A stretch of DNA of 64,000 nucleotides from Polyangiales bacterium (GTDB taxonomy: Bacteria; Myxococcota_A; Polyangia; Polyangiales; Houyiibacteriaceae): positions 64,001 through 128,000 of the forward strand of contig JBGCFM010000062.1 in the NCBI GenBank assembly GCA_045106895.1. The letters are read 5' to 3'. Positions 1 through 9,064 of the stretch are shown in pieces; within the stretch, counting starts at the first letter, position 1; each line of letters opens with the position of its first letter. The position numbers were made by a program, and so were the translations under genes. The notes under the pieces were generated by a model. It ran no database searches and was not told the DNA's origin. It saw only the letters and a program-made list of their open reading frames with translations.

Positions 1-1
1 C

Positions 2-337
2 ATCGAAGCGCGTACGCCTTTCCTTGGTCTCTTCGCCAACCTCGCGATGCTTTCGGGCCTCTTCGGCACCGTTCTCGGTCTCATCACGGCTTTCGCCGCT
101 GTTGCCGGCGCGGACCAGGCATCCAAGGCGACAATGCTCGCCAAGGGTATCTCCGAGGCCATGAACTGCACCGCCTTCGGCCTCATGTCCGCGATTCTCG
201 CGCTCATGGGCATGGCTGTGCTCAACGGTAAGACCCAGGGTCTCCTCGACGATATCAACGCTGCGACGGTTCAGGTTATGAACCTCGTCGTGAACAATCG
301 CTCGAAGGTCAACCTTCAGGGTCTGCAGCAGGCCTAA
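2..337 (+). CDS. aglR: MotA/TolQ/ExbB proton-channel protein, AglR-like (5' truncated by window edge)
   Basis: Frame open from position 2: IEARTPFLGLFANLAMLSGLFGTVLGLI...GISEAMNCTAFGL, the TolQ TM2/TM3 signature. Followed by two TolR-like genes as in the aglRQS operon. Confidence 0.8.
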   Translation: MEARTPFLGLFANLAMLSGLFGTVLGLITAFAAVAGADQASKATMLAKGISEAMNCTAFGLMSAILALMGMAVLNGKTQGLLDDINAATVQVMNLVVNNRSKVNLQGLQQA

Positions 338-340
338 TCA

Positions 341-820
341 ATGGCAAGTATTGACACAGGTGGCGGCGGCGGAGGGAAGAAGAGTGTGGACCAGGAGGTC
401 CCACTCATCCCCTTCATCGATCTGCTTTTCTGCTGCGTCATGTTCTTGCTCGCGACCGCCGTTTGGAACCAGCTCGCTCGCATCAGTGCGAACCAGAGTG
501 TCCCAGGCCAGGCCGCAACCGAAGACCAGCCGCCGCCGGAAGAGCGCGTGAAGTTGATTCTGCAGGTGCAGAGCAGCGGATACGTTCTCGCTTCGACGGC
601 CGGTGACTCGATCACGATCGCCCGCAACGGCGACGAGTACGACACCGAGGAACTTCGGGCCAAACTGCAAGAGCGTAAGCGTCTTGAACCCAACCGTCAG
701 GACATCATCGTCGCGCCAGAAGATGGCGTTCGTTACGAGGACGTCATCGCAGCCATGGACATGGTTGTGGGCGAAGGATTCTCGCAGATGTCCCTCGGCG
801 ATGGAGCTTCGCTTCTGTAG
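341..820 (+). CDS. aglQ: ExbD/TolR-family motor subunit, AglQ-like
   Basis: N-terminal TM segment with the conserved Asp (LIPFIDLLFCCVMFLLATAVW) and a C-terminal ExbD domain (IIVAPEDGVRYEDVIAAMD). Confidence 0.75.
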   Translation: MASIDTGGGGGGKKSVDQEVPLIPFIDLLFCCVMFLLATAVWNQLARISANQSVPGQAATEDQPPPEERVKLILQVQSSGYVLASTAGDSITIARNGDEYDTEELRAKLQERKRLEPNRQDIIVAPEDGVRYEDVIAAMDMVVGEGFSQMSLGDGASLL

Positions 821-852
821 TCTTCGGACGCAGGAAGCAAAGGATATTCAAG

Positions 853-1389
853 ATGCCAGTACATGTTCCAGGCAAGGTTCTGCTTCATCACATCCCGCTC
901 AAGTTTGTGCGGGACAAGGTCGCCGGTGGCGGAAAGAAGTCGGTCGACCAGAGTCTTCCACTCGTTCCTTTCATCGACTTCCTCATCGTTCTCGTCGTCT
1001 TTCTCATCATGAACTTCGCCGCATCCGGTGAGCTCGTGGCGCAGAAGGCCTCGATCACGATGCCGAGTGCAGCAAACACAGACCCTCTCGACCCCTCGCC
1101 GATCATCTCCATCGACGATCGCGTGGTCACCCTCGACGGCAACCGTGTCGCCGATACCCAGACGCTTCTTCAGGACGCGCGCATGGACCGAATCGAAGCG
1201 CTCATTCAGAGCCTCGAGCAGGCCAAGCGTAACTGGAGCTTGCTTCACCCGAACACGCCCTTCCCCGGCGCGATCATTATGCAGGCGGACGTCAACGTGG
1301 ACTTCCGCGCCATCAAGAAGGTGATGTTCTCCGCCGCTCAGGCTGGCTACGCGAACATCAACTTCGCGGTGAACAAAGTCGGCGACTAG
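853..1389 (+). CDS. aglS: ExbD/TolR-family motor subunit, AglS-like
   Basis: LVPFIDFLIVLVVFLIMNFAASGE TM motif and C-terminal IMQADVNVDFRAIKKVMFSAAQAGY. Third gene of a TolQ-TolR-TolR triad. Confidence 0.75.
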   Translation: MPVHVPGKVLLHHIPLKFVRDKVAGGGKKSVDQSLPLVPFIDFLIVLVVFLIMNFAASGELVAQKASITMPSAANTDPLDPSPIISIDDRVVTLDGNRVADTQTLLQDARMDRIEALIQSLEQAKRNWSLLHPNTPFPGAIIMQADVNVDFRAIKKVMFSAAQAGYANINFAVNKVGD

Positions 1390-1408
1390 CGCGCTCGAAC
1401 TCTGAACC

Positions 1409-1438
1409 AAGGCACATCCGAAAGGGTGTGCCTTTTTT
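1409..1438 (+). terminator. Rho-independent terminator after the aglRQS-like operon
   Basis: AAGGCACATCC-GAAA-GGGTGTGCCTT: 11-bp stem (one G-U) with a GNRA loop, running into a T tract. Confidence 0.85.
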
Positions 1439-1468
1439 CGTGGATGAGAGAACAATGCAGGACGAGCG

Positions 1469-2968
1469 ATGCTGACGATCTTAGCCACGTCTCTGATCTT
1501 CGGCGCCCTCTTTGGGGCGGCCTACGTGCAGTACGCGTTGATCCGTCGGCTAGCGGGCCGAGCAGGCATTGTCGTCGACACCAAACAGGCGCTTCCCTTC
1601 GTTGTCCCTCTCCTGAACACCGTCGTTTACCTCGTCCTCGCGGTTTGCGTCTGGGCGATCTTCCACCGCACGACACACCTCGTCGCGGCGCTGGTCGCGA
1701 TCGCGAGTGTCTTCGCAGCCGTAACCGCCCCGCTGACTTTTCTCGTTCCTTTGGCCCTGGACGCAGGCAACAGCGCGACGATCGAGAGCGCTGTGCGTCG
1801 CTGGGACGCGCTCACGCGATCGCGTCGTCTCATGTTGGTTGGACTCCAGCTCATCCCCATTGCGGCGAGCACCCTGACACTTCGCCTCATAGCCACTGAT
1901 GCGGGGCCGGAGGTCCTTTTTGCGCCGCTGGTCTACTTGGCGACATGGACGTTGTCGCAATGGCAGATCGTTGAGAGCTACACGCGTAACGTGGACGAAG
2001 GAGCGGACGCCTCAGCAACACGATGGCGCGTGTTGCTGCCAATCGTGCTTGGGGCGGCGATCTCCGGGCCTTGCGTGCTTGTTCTGACAGCTCAAGCCAG
2101 CCGTCCAGCGCCGATGGCTCTACGGGAACATGCCCCAGATGCACACGTGTATACAGGTCGTCGCAGCTACTCGCTGCCGGGCCGGGTTTCGGTCATGCCC
2201 ACCGTCGTGGGCCTGGCGGTGCAGGTCGCAGCTGGCCCCGTTGCTCGGATTCGTTATGGCCCGAGCTGTCCCGCCGACGAAGCCCCAGAGATCGCCACCA
2301 TCGAGGCGCGAAACGAGATTCAGATTTTCGCCCACGCCTGCGAACGCTGGCATGTCCTCACCGTAAACTCCGCCGGCGAACGCCTCGATGATTCGCTCAT
2401 GGAACGTCTGGTCCGCCAGGTGGGGGCCTGGGGACTCGGGTCACTTCTCTGTGCGCTCCTTCTGCTCGGCTTCGCCCTTGCGCGCGTCGTGCCGACGCTG
2501 CGCAAAGCAAAGAGGATCGCGGGCGTTGTGCACCGGGACGACCTGACGAAGAAAGACCAGGAGTCCATCGTCGAAGGCACTCTTCGCCTCGGTGAGCTCC
2601 CCAAGCTCGTGGTCCGAAAGGGCCAGCTTAGAGGGAGCGGTCACATCGAACTTGAGCTCGACGGCGATCGTTTCATGCTCCCCCTTCCTGCTTCCGTGCA
2701 GTGCGCAGAAGGAGAGTACAGCGACGGTGCCCGCGTCAGCCTCATTGGCGTCTTCTCATCGACGACACGCGGCCACCGCGACGCGTCGATTCCCTGGCCC
2801 AAGCGCGCTTTTCTCGTCGCCAGCGAAGCTGCCTCGGCACGTGAAACTTGGCTTTGGAGAGCCACTCGCCTGGCACGCCTTTCCGCCATGGCGTCGGTGG
2901 TGGCTGTCGTCGTGACCTACGCTGCCTACATCGCACACTTCCAACACCTCGCGCGCTTCCTCCGCTGA
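1469..2968 (+). CDS. Hypothetical multi-pass membrane protein
   Basis: 499-aa ORF with about 8 hydrophobic segments and two soluble domains. No recognised family. Confidence 0.7.
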   Translation: MLTILATSLIFGALFGAAYVQYALIRRLAGRAGIVVDTKQALPFVVPLLNTVVYLVLAVCVWAIFHRTTHLVAALVAIASVFAAVTAPLTFLVPLALDAGNSATIESAVRRWDALTRSRRLMLVGLQLIPIAASTLTLRLIATDAGPEVLFAPLVYLATWTLSQWQIVESYTRNVDEGADASATRWRVLLPIVLGAAISGPCVLVLTAQASRPAPMALREHAPDAHVYTGRRSYSLPGRVSVMPTVVGLAVQVAAGPVARIRYGPSCPADEAPEIATIEARNEIQIFAHACERWHVLTVNSAGERLDDSLMERLVRQVGAWGLGSLLCALLLLGFALARVVPTLRKAKRIAGVVHRDDLTKKDQESIVEGTLRLGELPKLVVRKGQLRGSGHIELELDGDRFMLPLPASVQCAEGEYSDGARVSLIGVFSSTTRGHRDASIPWPKRAFLVASEAASARETWLWRATRLARLSAMASVVAVVVTYAAYIAHFQHLARFLR

Positions 2969-2987
2969 GATGCGTTTTTTGATCTAA

Positions 2988-4052
2988 ATGCGAACACTCC
3001 ACGTCGCCTGCCTGCCTTACCCCAGCCCCCAAGGGACGCAGGCGCTGATCCATCGGCAGCTCTCTGCCCTCGCTTCGGCGGGCGATGATGTGCTCTTGCT
3101 GACCTACAGCAGCGGCACAGGTGAGCGACAGGCGGGCTACTCACATCAACGTTGTGGCGGCGCGAACGTCTCGCTTCGTTCTGGACCAAGTGCAGCGAAG
3201 GTGCGCGCAGATCTGATGATGGTGGGTGCACTTCGCAGGAGCATCGCCGAGTTCAAGCCAGACGCGGTGGTCGGACACAACGTCGAGGGTGCGGCGGTGG
3301 TACACCTCGCGCGGGTGCAGACGCCTCACCTATACCTGGCGCACACACGAATGGACACCGAGCTCCCCACGTACTTTGGCGCGCGGCTGCGGCGAGTCGC
3401 CGCTTGGTCGGGCTCCGCGCTGGACTGGATGGCTTCGCGGGCGGATCACGTGGCTGCAGTTTCGCCCTGGCTAGCCGAGCGCTTCGACGGCACCTACGTG
3501 CCACCGCCGTGGGAGCTCCCCGCGCGTATCGACGCCGTTGAGCGTAACGCAGCGCGGCGCGAACTCGGCCTGTCTGGATTGGTCGGCGTCTACGCAGGGA
3601 ACCTCGACGGCTACCAAGACTGGCGCCAGATCCTCGCGCTTCGTGAACGCCTCACCCTCGTGGTGGCAACGGAATCCGACACGTCGGAACTTCGTGGACA
3701 CATCCGCCATGTGTTGCCCCTAGCGAGCGAGGCTGACCGGCGACGCATCCACGCCTTGGCGGATGTCGCGCTCGTTCCGCGCGGCGCCCCAGGTGGCTTG
3801 CCCATCAAGCTCATCGACGCCCTCTCCCGCGGCGTTCCCGTCGTCGCTTCCGCGGCGGCTCTCGCCGGGCTCTCCCCACGCGGCGTTTGCTCGGGGACCA
3901 CTCTCGCGGCGGTCGCCCTGGACGAGCTCGCGGACGGCGACTCGGGCCGTCGATGGGTCGCGGAAGAGGCATGCGACGGCCGCTTCGTGGAGGCTCTTCA
4001 CGAGGCCGCGCGGATCGCGATTGATAAGAGCGCGCGATCCGTCGGAAAGTGA
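2988..4052 (+). CDS. Glycosyltransferase, GT-B fold (GT4-like)
   Basis: N-terminal PYPSPQGT, KPDAVVGHN and YAGNLDGYQ; C-terminal ADVALVPR...PIKLIDALSRGVPVVAS, where the E-x7-E motif is degenerate. Confidence 0.8.
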   Translation: MRTLHVACLPYPSPQGTQALIHRQLSALASAGDDVLLLTYSSGTGERQAGYSHQRCGGANVSLRSGPSAAKVRADLMMVGALRRSIAEFKPDAVVGHNVEGAAVVHLARVQTPHLYLAHTRMDTELPTYFGARLRRVAAWSGSALDWMASRADHVAAVSPWLAERFDGTYVPPPWELPARIDAVERNAARRELGLSGLVGVYAGNLDGYQDWRQILALRERLTLVVATESDTSELRGHIRHVLPLASEADRRRIHALADVALVPRGAPGGLPIKLIDALSRGVPVVASAAALAGLSPRGVCSGTTLAAVALDELADGDSGRRWVAEEACDGRFVEALHEAARIAIDKSARSVGK

Positions 4053-4228
4053 CGCTTCGGGCGTGCATGGCCCTACTCATCTCTGCGGCGCTCAGAAAGC
4101 CCGGTGTTTCTGCGCTTCTTCGCAACTCGGGAACAAGCGGCCACTCGCCACGGTTGAAGGCGTGGATCCGCCGTGTTAGCCCGGCCGATGCGGTGTCCTG
4201 GGCGAAAGGACACGCAAAAGGAGTAACG

Positions 4229-6592
4229 ATGCGTAGGTCTCGAATCGAATTGCCTCTCAAGCTGTTGTGCGCATTGGCGTGCTCTTCGGCTCTGGCCTTT
4301 GGCGTTGCCTGCAGCGACGACGACGAAGAAAACGGCGAAGAGAGCGGCGAAAGCGGCGAGACGGGCGAAGGTGGCGGCGAAACAGCAGCTGGCGGTGGCG
4401 AAGAAGCCCCCGTCGAAGGGATGCAGACGCACCTCGATCTCATCGAGCTAGCGCATCTCGCCGACGTCGACCACGGCGGCCTCTACATCGACTTCGGCAC
4501 CGCGGCGCGCATGAAGTACACGAGCGGCACGTGGAACAGCGGCTGGGGCACTGACCGCATCGAAGATGGGCAGACCGTCAGCCGCTTCGGCGACAAAGGA
4601 CGCGTCTACTTCCCCGCCTGGGAAGACGGGGCGCTCACGATTCGTCTTCACCTTCGCGGCGTTGGCTCAAACCAGCTCATCGCCTTCGTCAACGGCACGA
4701 ACGTCGGCGAGCCCCGGGTCGGCGATGACTTCGAAACCGTCGACCTTGAGGTCCCTGCGAACGTGGTTCGACGGGGCGAAAACTACTTGCTGCTTCGCTC
4801 GACGGAGTCGACTCAAGTAGACGGCGAGTCCGTGAGCTTTGAAGTGGCGTCGCTTTGGGTGCGCTCCGCTGGCGCGACGGACGCCCAGGCGCCCCCGCCG
4901 CTCACCTCGCGAGAGACCGTTGGCACAAGCGCACGCGCGGGTCTCGCCGTCGATGCTCCGACAACCTTGAGCTGGTTCATCGAAGTCCCCGAAGATGGCA
5001 AGCTGCTGTTGAGCCATGGTCACGTGAGCGATGGTGAAGCGAGCATCGCTGTGCGCGCGACGCCGGAAGGTGGCGACACCGTCAACCTCGGCGACATCGC
5101 GGTAGGCGACAGCTGGGGTTCCACCACCATCGACCTCGCACCTCTGGCCGGCAAGATCGTACGCCTCAACCTTGAAGCCTCGGGCAACGGTCGTATCGCG
5201 CTCTCGCGCGTGCTCGTCGCGATTCCTGAGCCCGAGATGGTCGCAGCGGCGGAGATGCGAAACGTCATCGTGCTGACCATCGACACGCTTCGTGCGAGCA
5301 AGCTCAGGCCTTACAACCGCCGCTCCCCCGTGGAGACGCCTGCGTTCACCGCCTTCGCGGACGAGAACGCAAACTTCCAGACGGCGCAGTCATCGGAGAA
5401 CTGGACGAAGCCCGCCGTCGCTTCGATTCTGACGAGCCTCTTCCCCGTGACACACACGGCGAAGAACGACGGTTCGATCTTGCCTTCGACGGTGACAACG
5501 CTCGGCGAGGTCTTCCAAGAAGCCGACTTCGAGACCGGCAGTTTCTTGGCCAACGGCCACGTCTCCCGTGCCTTCGGTTTTGACCAGGGCTGGGACCACT
5601 ACACGAACTACATTCGCGAAAACCGAAACACCGAAGCGGAGAACGTCTTCGGCGAAGCGGCGACGTGGATCGAAGAGAACAAAGACGGGCGTTTCTTCGC
5701 CTACATCCAGACCATCGACCCCCACGTGCCCTACGATCCGCCGGACGAGTTCCTGCAGATGTACGATGCACGCACCAACTACGATGGCCGCGTTCGTAAC
5801 CGTTCAACGGCGGATCAGCTTGCGGAAGCGAAACGCCAACGAAACTCGGACACGCCCTACTTCTCTGAGAGCGATGTTCGTCGACTCACGGCTCTCCACC
5901 ATGGAGAGATCACGCAGCACGACCGCCACTTCGCGACGTTCCTCGCAAAGCTCGAAGAGCTCGGTCTCGCCGACAATACGATTATCGTTGTCACGAGCGA
6001 CCACGGCGAAGAGTTCGACGAACACGGAAGCTGGGGACACGGTCACTCGGTCTTCCAGGAGCTGCTGCACGTTCCACTGGCGATGCGCTGGCCTGGCGTC
6101 ACGGACTCGGGCCGCAGCATCCCGCAGGTGGTCTCCACGATGGACATTGGACCGACGGTTCTCGAAGCCGCCGGCGTCACGGCTCCCGCTGTGTTCGAGG
6201 GCCGTAGCCTCGCGGACTACCTTCGCGGCGGCATCCGCCCAGGACCTGCGGTGGCCTTCAGTGACTTCCAGGAAAACCGCCGAGTCATCACCGGTGGCGG
6301 CTGGAAGCTCATCCTTCGAAGCAGCCTGACCTACGTGCTCTTCGATCTGAACAACGACCCGCGGGAACGAAACGAGCTCGATGGTCGTCGTAACCCCATC
6401 GCCATGCGTTACTTGCGCATCCTCTCGGGACAGCAGCTTGGCGCCACCAACCGAACCCGCTGGCTCGAAGGCAGCGCGGATGCCGTCGCAACGATCCATG
6501 ACCCTGGTGAGGCGATGACCGAAGAGCTCTGCCGCCAGCTTGTCGCCCTTGGTTATATGGACTGCCTCTCGCAGTTCCCAGGCGCCGAATAG
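4229..6592 (+). CDS. Sulfatase-like (alkaline phosphatase superfamily) lipoprotein with N-terminal beta-rich domains
   Basis: ATG at 4229 after an AAGGAG RBS; lipobox FGVAC; motifs NVIVLTIDTLRA, WTKPAVAS, DPHVPY, SDHGE, GHGHS. Confidence 0.85.
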   Translation: MRRSRIELPLKLLCALACSSALAFGVACSDDDEENGEESGESGETGEGGGETAAGGGEEAPVEGMQTHLDLIELAHLADVDHGGLYIDFGTAARMKYTSGTWNSGWGTDRIEDGQTVSRFGDKGRVYFPAWEDGALTIRLHLRGVGSNQLIAFVNGTNVGEPRVGDDFETVDLEVPANVVRRGENYLLLRSTESTQVDGESVSFEVASLWVRSAGATDAQAPPPLTSRETVGTSARAGLAVDAPTTLSWFIEVPEDGKLLLSHGHVSDGEASIAVRATPEGGDTVNLGDIAVGDSWGSTTIDLAPLAGKIVRLNLEASGNGRIALSRVLVAIPEPEMVAAAEMRNVIVLTIDTLRASKLRPYNRRSPVETPAFTAFADENANFQTAQSSENWTKPAVASILTSLFPVTHTAKNDGSILPSTVTTLGEVFQEADFETGSFLANGHVSRAFGFDQGWDHYTNYIRENRNTEAENVFGEAATWIEENKDGRFFAYIQTIDPHVPYDPPDEFLQMYDARTNYDGRVRNRSTADQLAEAKRQRNSDTPYFSESDVRRLTALHHGEITQHDRHFATFLAKLEELGLADNTIIVVTSDHGEEFDEHGSWGHGHSVFQELLHVPLAMRWPGVTDSGRSIPQVVSTMDIGPTVLEAAGVTAPAVFEGRSLADYLRGGIRPGPAVAFSDFQENRRVITGGGWKLILRSSLTYVLFDLNNDPRERNELDGRRNPIAMRYLRILSGQQLGATNRTRWLEGSADAVATIHDPGEAMTEELCRQLVALGYMDCLSQFPGAE

Positions 6593-6607
6593 GCGAGCCC
6601 ACTTCGT

Positions 6608-6647
6608 CCGGGAATGTCGGTTTGCGACATTCCCGGCCCTCCTTTTT
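6608..6647 (+). terminator. Probable intrinsic terminator after the sulfatase-like gene
   Basis: Perfect 12-bp inverted repeat CCGGGAATGTCG-gtttg-CGACATTCCCGG followed by CCCTCCTTTTT. Confidence 0.65.
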
Positions 6648-6700
6648 CTGCCCACACCAAGGACGTTTTCGTGCCGAGCGATTCAAACGCGACGAACAGC

Positions 6701-8404
6701 ATGAACGGGTCCGCGAAGAACCTGGTGCTCGGCCTCGACGGGGCAGACGTTGAGTTGATGCTCTCACTGGGCCAAGAGCGTCTGCCGACGTTGTTTGGTT
6801 TGATGGAGTCCGGCGCGTGGTCGCGGCAACAAAGCGTGCAGCCGCCGGCAACATTGCCGAACTGGACCACGTTTCTGACCGGAGTCGACCCGGGCGAACA
6901 CGGCGTCTTTGACTTCACGACGCGAGATGGCTACCGGGTCCACTTCACCGCCGGATCCGTGCGTGAGGCCCCGACTCTCATGGCCCGCCTCGACAAGATG
7001 GGCCGCCGCTGCGCCTGCATCGGGTTTCCCGCGACCTACCCGCCCGAGCAACTGGACCACGGCGTGTTCATCTCCGGGTGGGATGCGCCGGTGGCCTTCG
7101 ACGACGACCCCAGCTTTGTCTGGCCGAGGGCGCTCCACGGCAAGATCAAGGAGCGCTTTGGCGCGACGCGGTTCGACGACGTCGATGAGTTCGACGCCGA
7201 GCGACCCGGCTGGCACGACGACCTGGCCGATTCCCTTGTCAAACGCATCGAGCGAAAGGTCGAGCTGGGTTCGTGGCTCTTGGCGGGCGAAGACTGGGAC
7301 CTCTTCGCCCTCTACTTTGGCGAAAGCGATACAGCGTCCCATCACCTGTGGGCGCACCACGACACGGGCTCCCCGCGTCACGTCCCCGGGGCGTCGAGTC
7401 CCGCAGCTCGCGCAGGACTCGGGCGAGTGTACGAAGCCCTCGACGCAGCCGTCGCTCGCTTGATCAAAGCGGCCGGTGAGAACGTGGAAGTGACCATCGT
7501 CAGCGACCATGGTTCCGGCGGTTCCGGTGATCGAGTTCTCTATTTGAACCGCGCCCTCGCCGACGCCGGCCTCCTTACTTTTCGTTCGTCGTCCATCGCC
7601 GAAAAGCTCCGCAAGCGGGTCACCCAACGCGTCAAGGACACGGCGCTGACTCTCCTGCCGCCGGTTGTGCGTCAGAGCCTTTTTCGCTTCGGCGGTGCGA
7701 TGCTTCCAAGTCTCCTCGAGTCCTTCGCGCGCTTCGGTGCCATCGACATGGAGAGGACCCGGGCCTTCAGCGATGAGCTCAACTACTTCCCGGGCGTGTG
7801 GCTCAACCAACGTCATCGCGAACCTTCCGGCGTCGTCGAGGAGTCTGAGCGTGACGCGACGCTTCGTGAAGTGGAGCGCTGTCTCCGTGCGCTGCGCGAT
7901 CCCTTTAGTGGGCAGCCTGTCGTCGAGCATGTGTGGCGCCGCGAAGAGCTCTTTCATGGACCGTTCTTAGAGCGCGCCCCCGACCTTCTCCTGGGACTGC
8001 ATCTCGTCGACGGGTACAGCTACAACTTGATGCCAAGCGCGAGCGCGCCGGCGGACTGCCGCGAAGCATGGCGCAAGCTCAGCCGCGACGAGTTTCATGG
8101 CCGAAAGGGCCGCAGCCTTGGAGGGTCACACCGCGACAAGGGCCTGTTCATCGCCCACGGCCCGCGCATCGCCGCCATCGGCGAGATTGAATCCGCCATC
8201 GCCGACGCGTCTGCGACTCTCCTCGCGCGCATGGACATCTCCGTGCCAGCGAACGCTGCGGGGCGCGTGCTCTATGAAGTCCTCGCGGACTTCTCCGGAG
8301 AGTCCGAAGCGCTGCCGGACGCTCAGGTTCGGAAGAAAGCAAACGACGGAGCCGGCGAAGCCGCTGTCGAGAGACGTCTTCGGGCGCTGGGGTACATCGA
8401 TTGA
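6701..8404 (+). CDS. Type I phosphodiesterase/nucleotide pyrophosphatase-family protein (COG3379-like)
   Basis: VLGLDGA, PPATLPNWTTFLTG, DTASHHLW, VSDHG, GSHRDKGLFI and C-terminal RLRALGYID. Start moved to ATG 6701, downstream of the terminator hairpin. Confidence 0.85.
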   Translation: MNGSAKNLVLGLDGADVELMLSLGQERLPTLFGLMESGAWSRQQSVQPPATLPNWTTFLTGVDPGEHGVFDFTTRDGYRVHFTAGSVREAPTLMARLDKMGRRCACIGFPATYPPEQLDHGVFISGWDAPVAFDDDPSFVWPRALHGKIKERFGATRFDDVDEFDAERPGWHDDLADSLVKRIERKVELGSWLLAGEDWDLFALYFGESDTASHHLWAHHDTGSPRHVPGASSPAARAGLGRVYEALDAAVARLIKAAGENVEVTIVSDHGSGGSGDRVLYLNRALADAGLLTFRSSSIAEKLRKRVTQRVKDTALTLLPPVVRQSLFRFGGAMLPSLLESFARFGAIDMERTRAFSDELNYFPGVWLNQRHREPSGVVEESERDATLREVERCLRALRDPFSGQPVVEHVWRREELFHGPFLERAPDLLLGLHLVDGYSYNLMPSASAPADCREAWRKLSRDEFHGRKGRSLGGSHRDKGLFIAHGPRIAAIGEIESAIADASATLLARMDISVPANAAGRVLYEVLADFSGESEALPDAQVRKKANDGAGEAAVERRLRALGYID

Positions 8405-8895
8405 AGCCGTTTGCTTTGATTCTGCTCGCCGCCTGCGGAACGTCGCCTCCGCCTTCGGAAGAGGCGCCGCCGGAGCCCGGGCGCGCGACACCGACGATGG
8501 AAACGAGGGAGGTTAGCGACGAAGAAGTCGATGAGCGACCCGCGGAAGTCACCACCGAGGCGGAACCGCTCCCGCCCCTCGAAGGTCCGCGCAACTTCGT
8601 GACGCCACACCACTGTCACCCGCCGGGCCCATGCACTTTTGATTTTGAAACGTTGCGTGGCGCGCAGCACATCGACGTTGGACATGGGCACGCGAGCCCA
8701 CCCCAGCTCGACGTGGTGTTGCGCATCGCCGAAGGCAATGCACGCGTTGAGGGAGTCGTCGCGACGTCGACGGACGAGGTGCGCGGCACCGTTGTCGCGA
8801 GGCCGCGTGACTCGCTGGAGGGGCAGGCGTTCTATTTAACGATCGACGGTGAAGCGACTTCCGCCGAAGTGGAGCTGAGCTTTCATTCGGAGTGA
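8401..8895 (+). CDS. Hypothetical lipoprotein
   Basis: TTG start overlapping the upstream stop; lipobox LLAAC; Pro/Glu-rich linker then a small beta domain. Confidence 0.65.
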   Translation: MKPFALILLAACGTSPPPSEEAPPEPGRATPTMETREVSDEEVDERPAEVTTEAEPLPPLEGPRNFVTPHHCHPPGPCTFDFETLRGAQHIDVGHGHASPPQLDVVLRIAEGNARVEGVVATSTDEVRGTVVARPRDSLEGQAFYLTIDGEATSAEVELSFHSE

Positions 8896-9064
8896 ATGTG
8901 CGCTCGTGTAAGAGCGAATCCCAATAAGCGTACGTGTCGAACAGCACTGTGTATGCGAAGCGCACCGCGTTCTGCTCGGAGTCGCGCTCCTGGGTCACGA
9001 ATGGGGGCATCGGCGCGCTTGTGGGACTCGCTCAAAACGTGCGAAACGCTTAGCATCGCTTGAT

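Noticed and set aside
4190..4215. Hairpin GTGTCCT/AGGACAC just upstream of the sulfatase RBS as a possible riboswitch
   Set aside because: Only a 7-bp stem, it does not occlude the AAGGAG, and it matches no aptamer consensus I recognise.
6614..6700. Upstream ATG for the phosphodiesterase gene
   Set aside because: It lies inside the terminator hairpin, and homology begins near ATG 6701.
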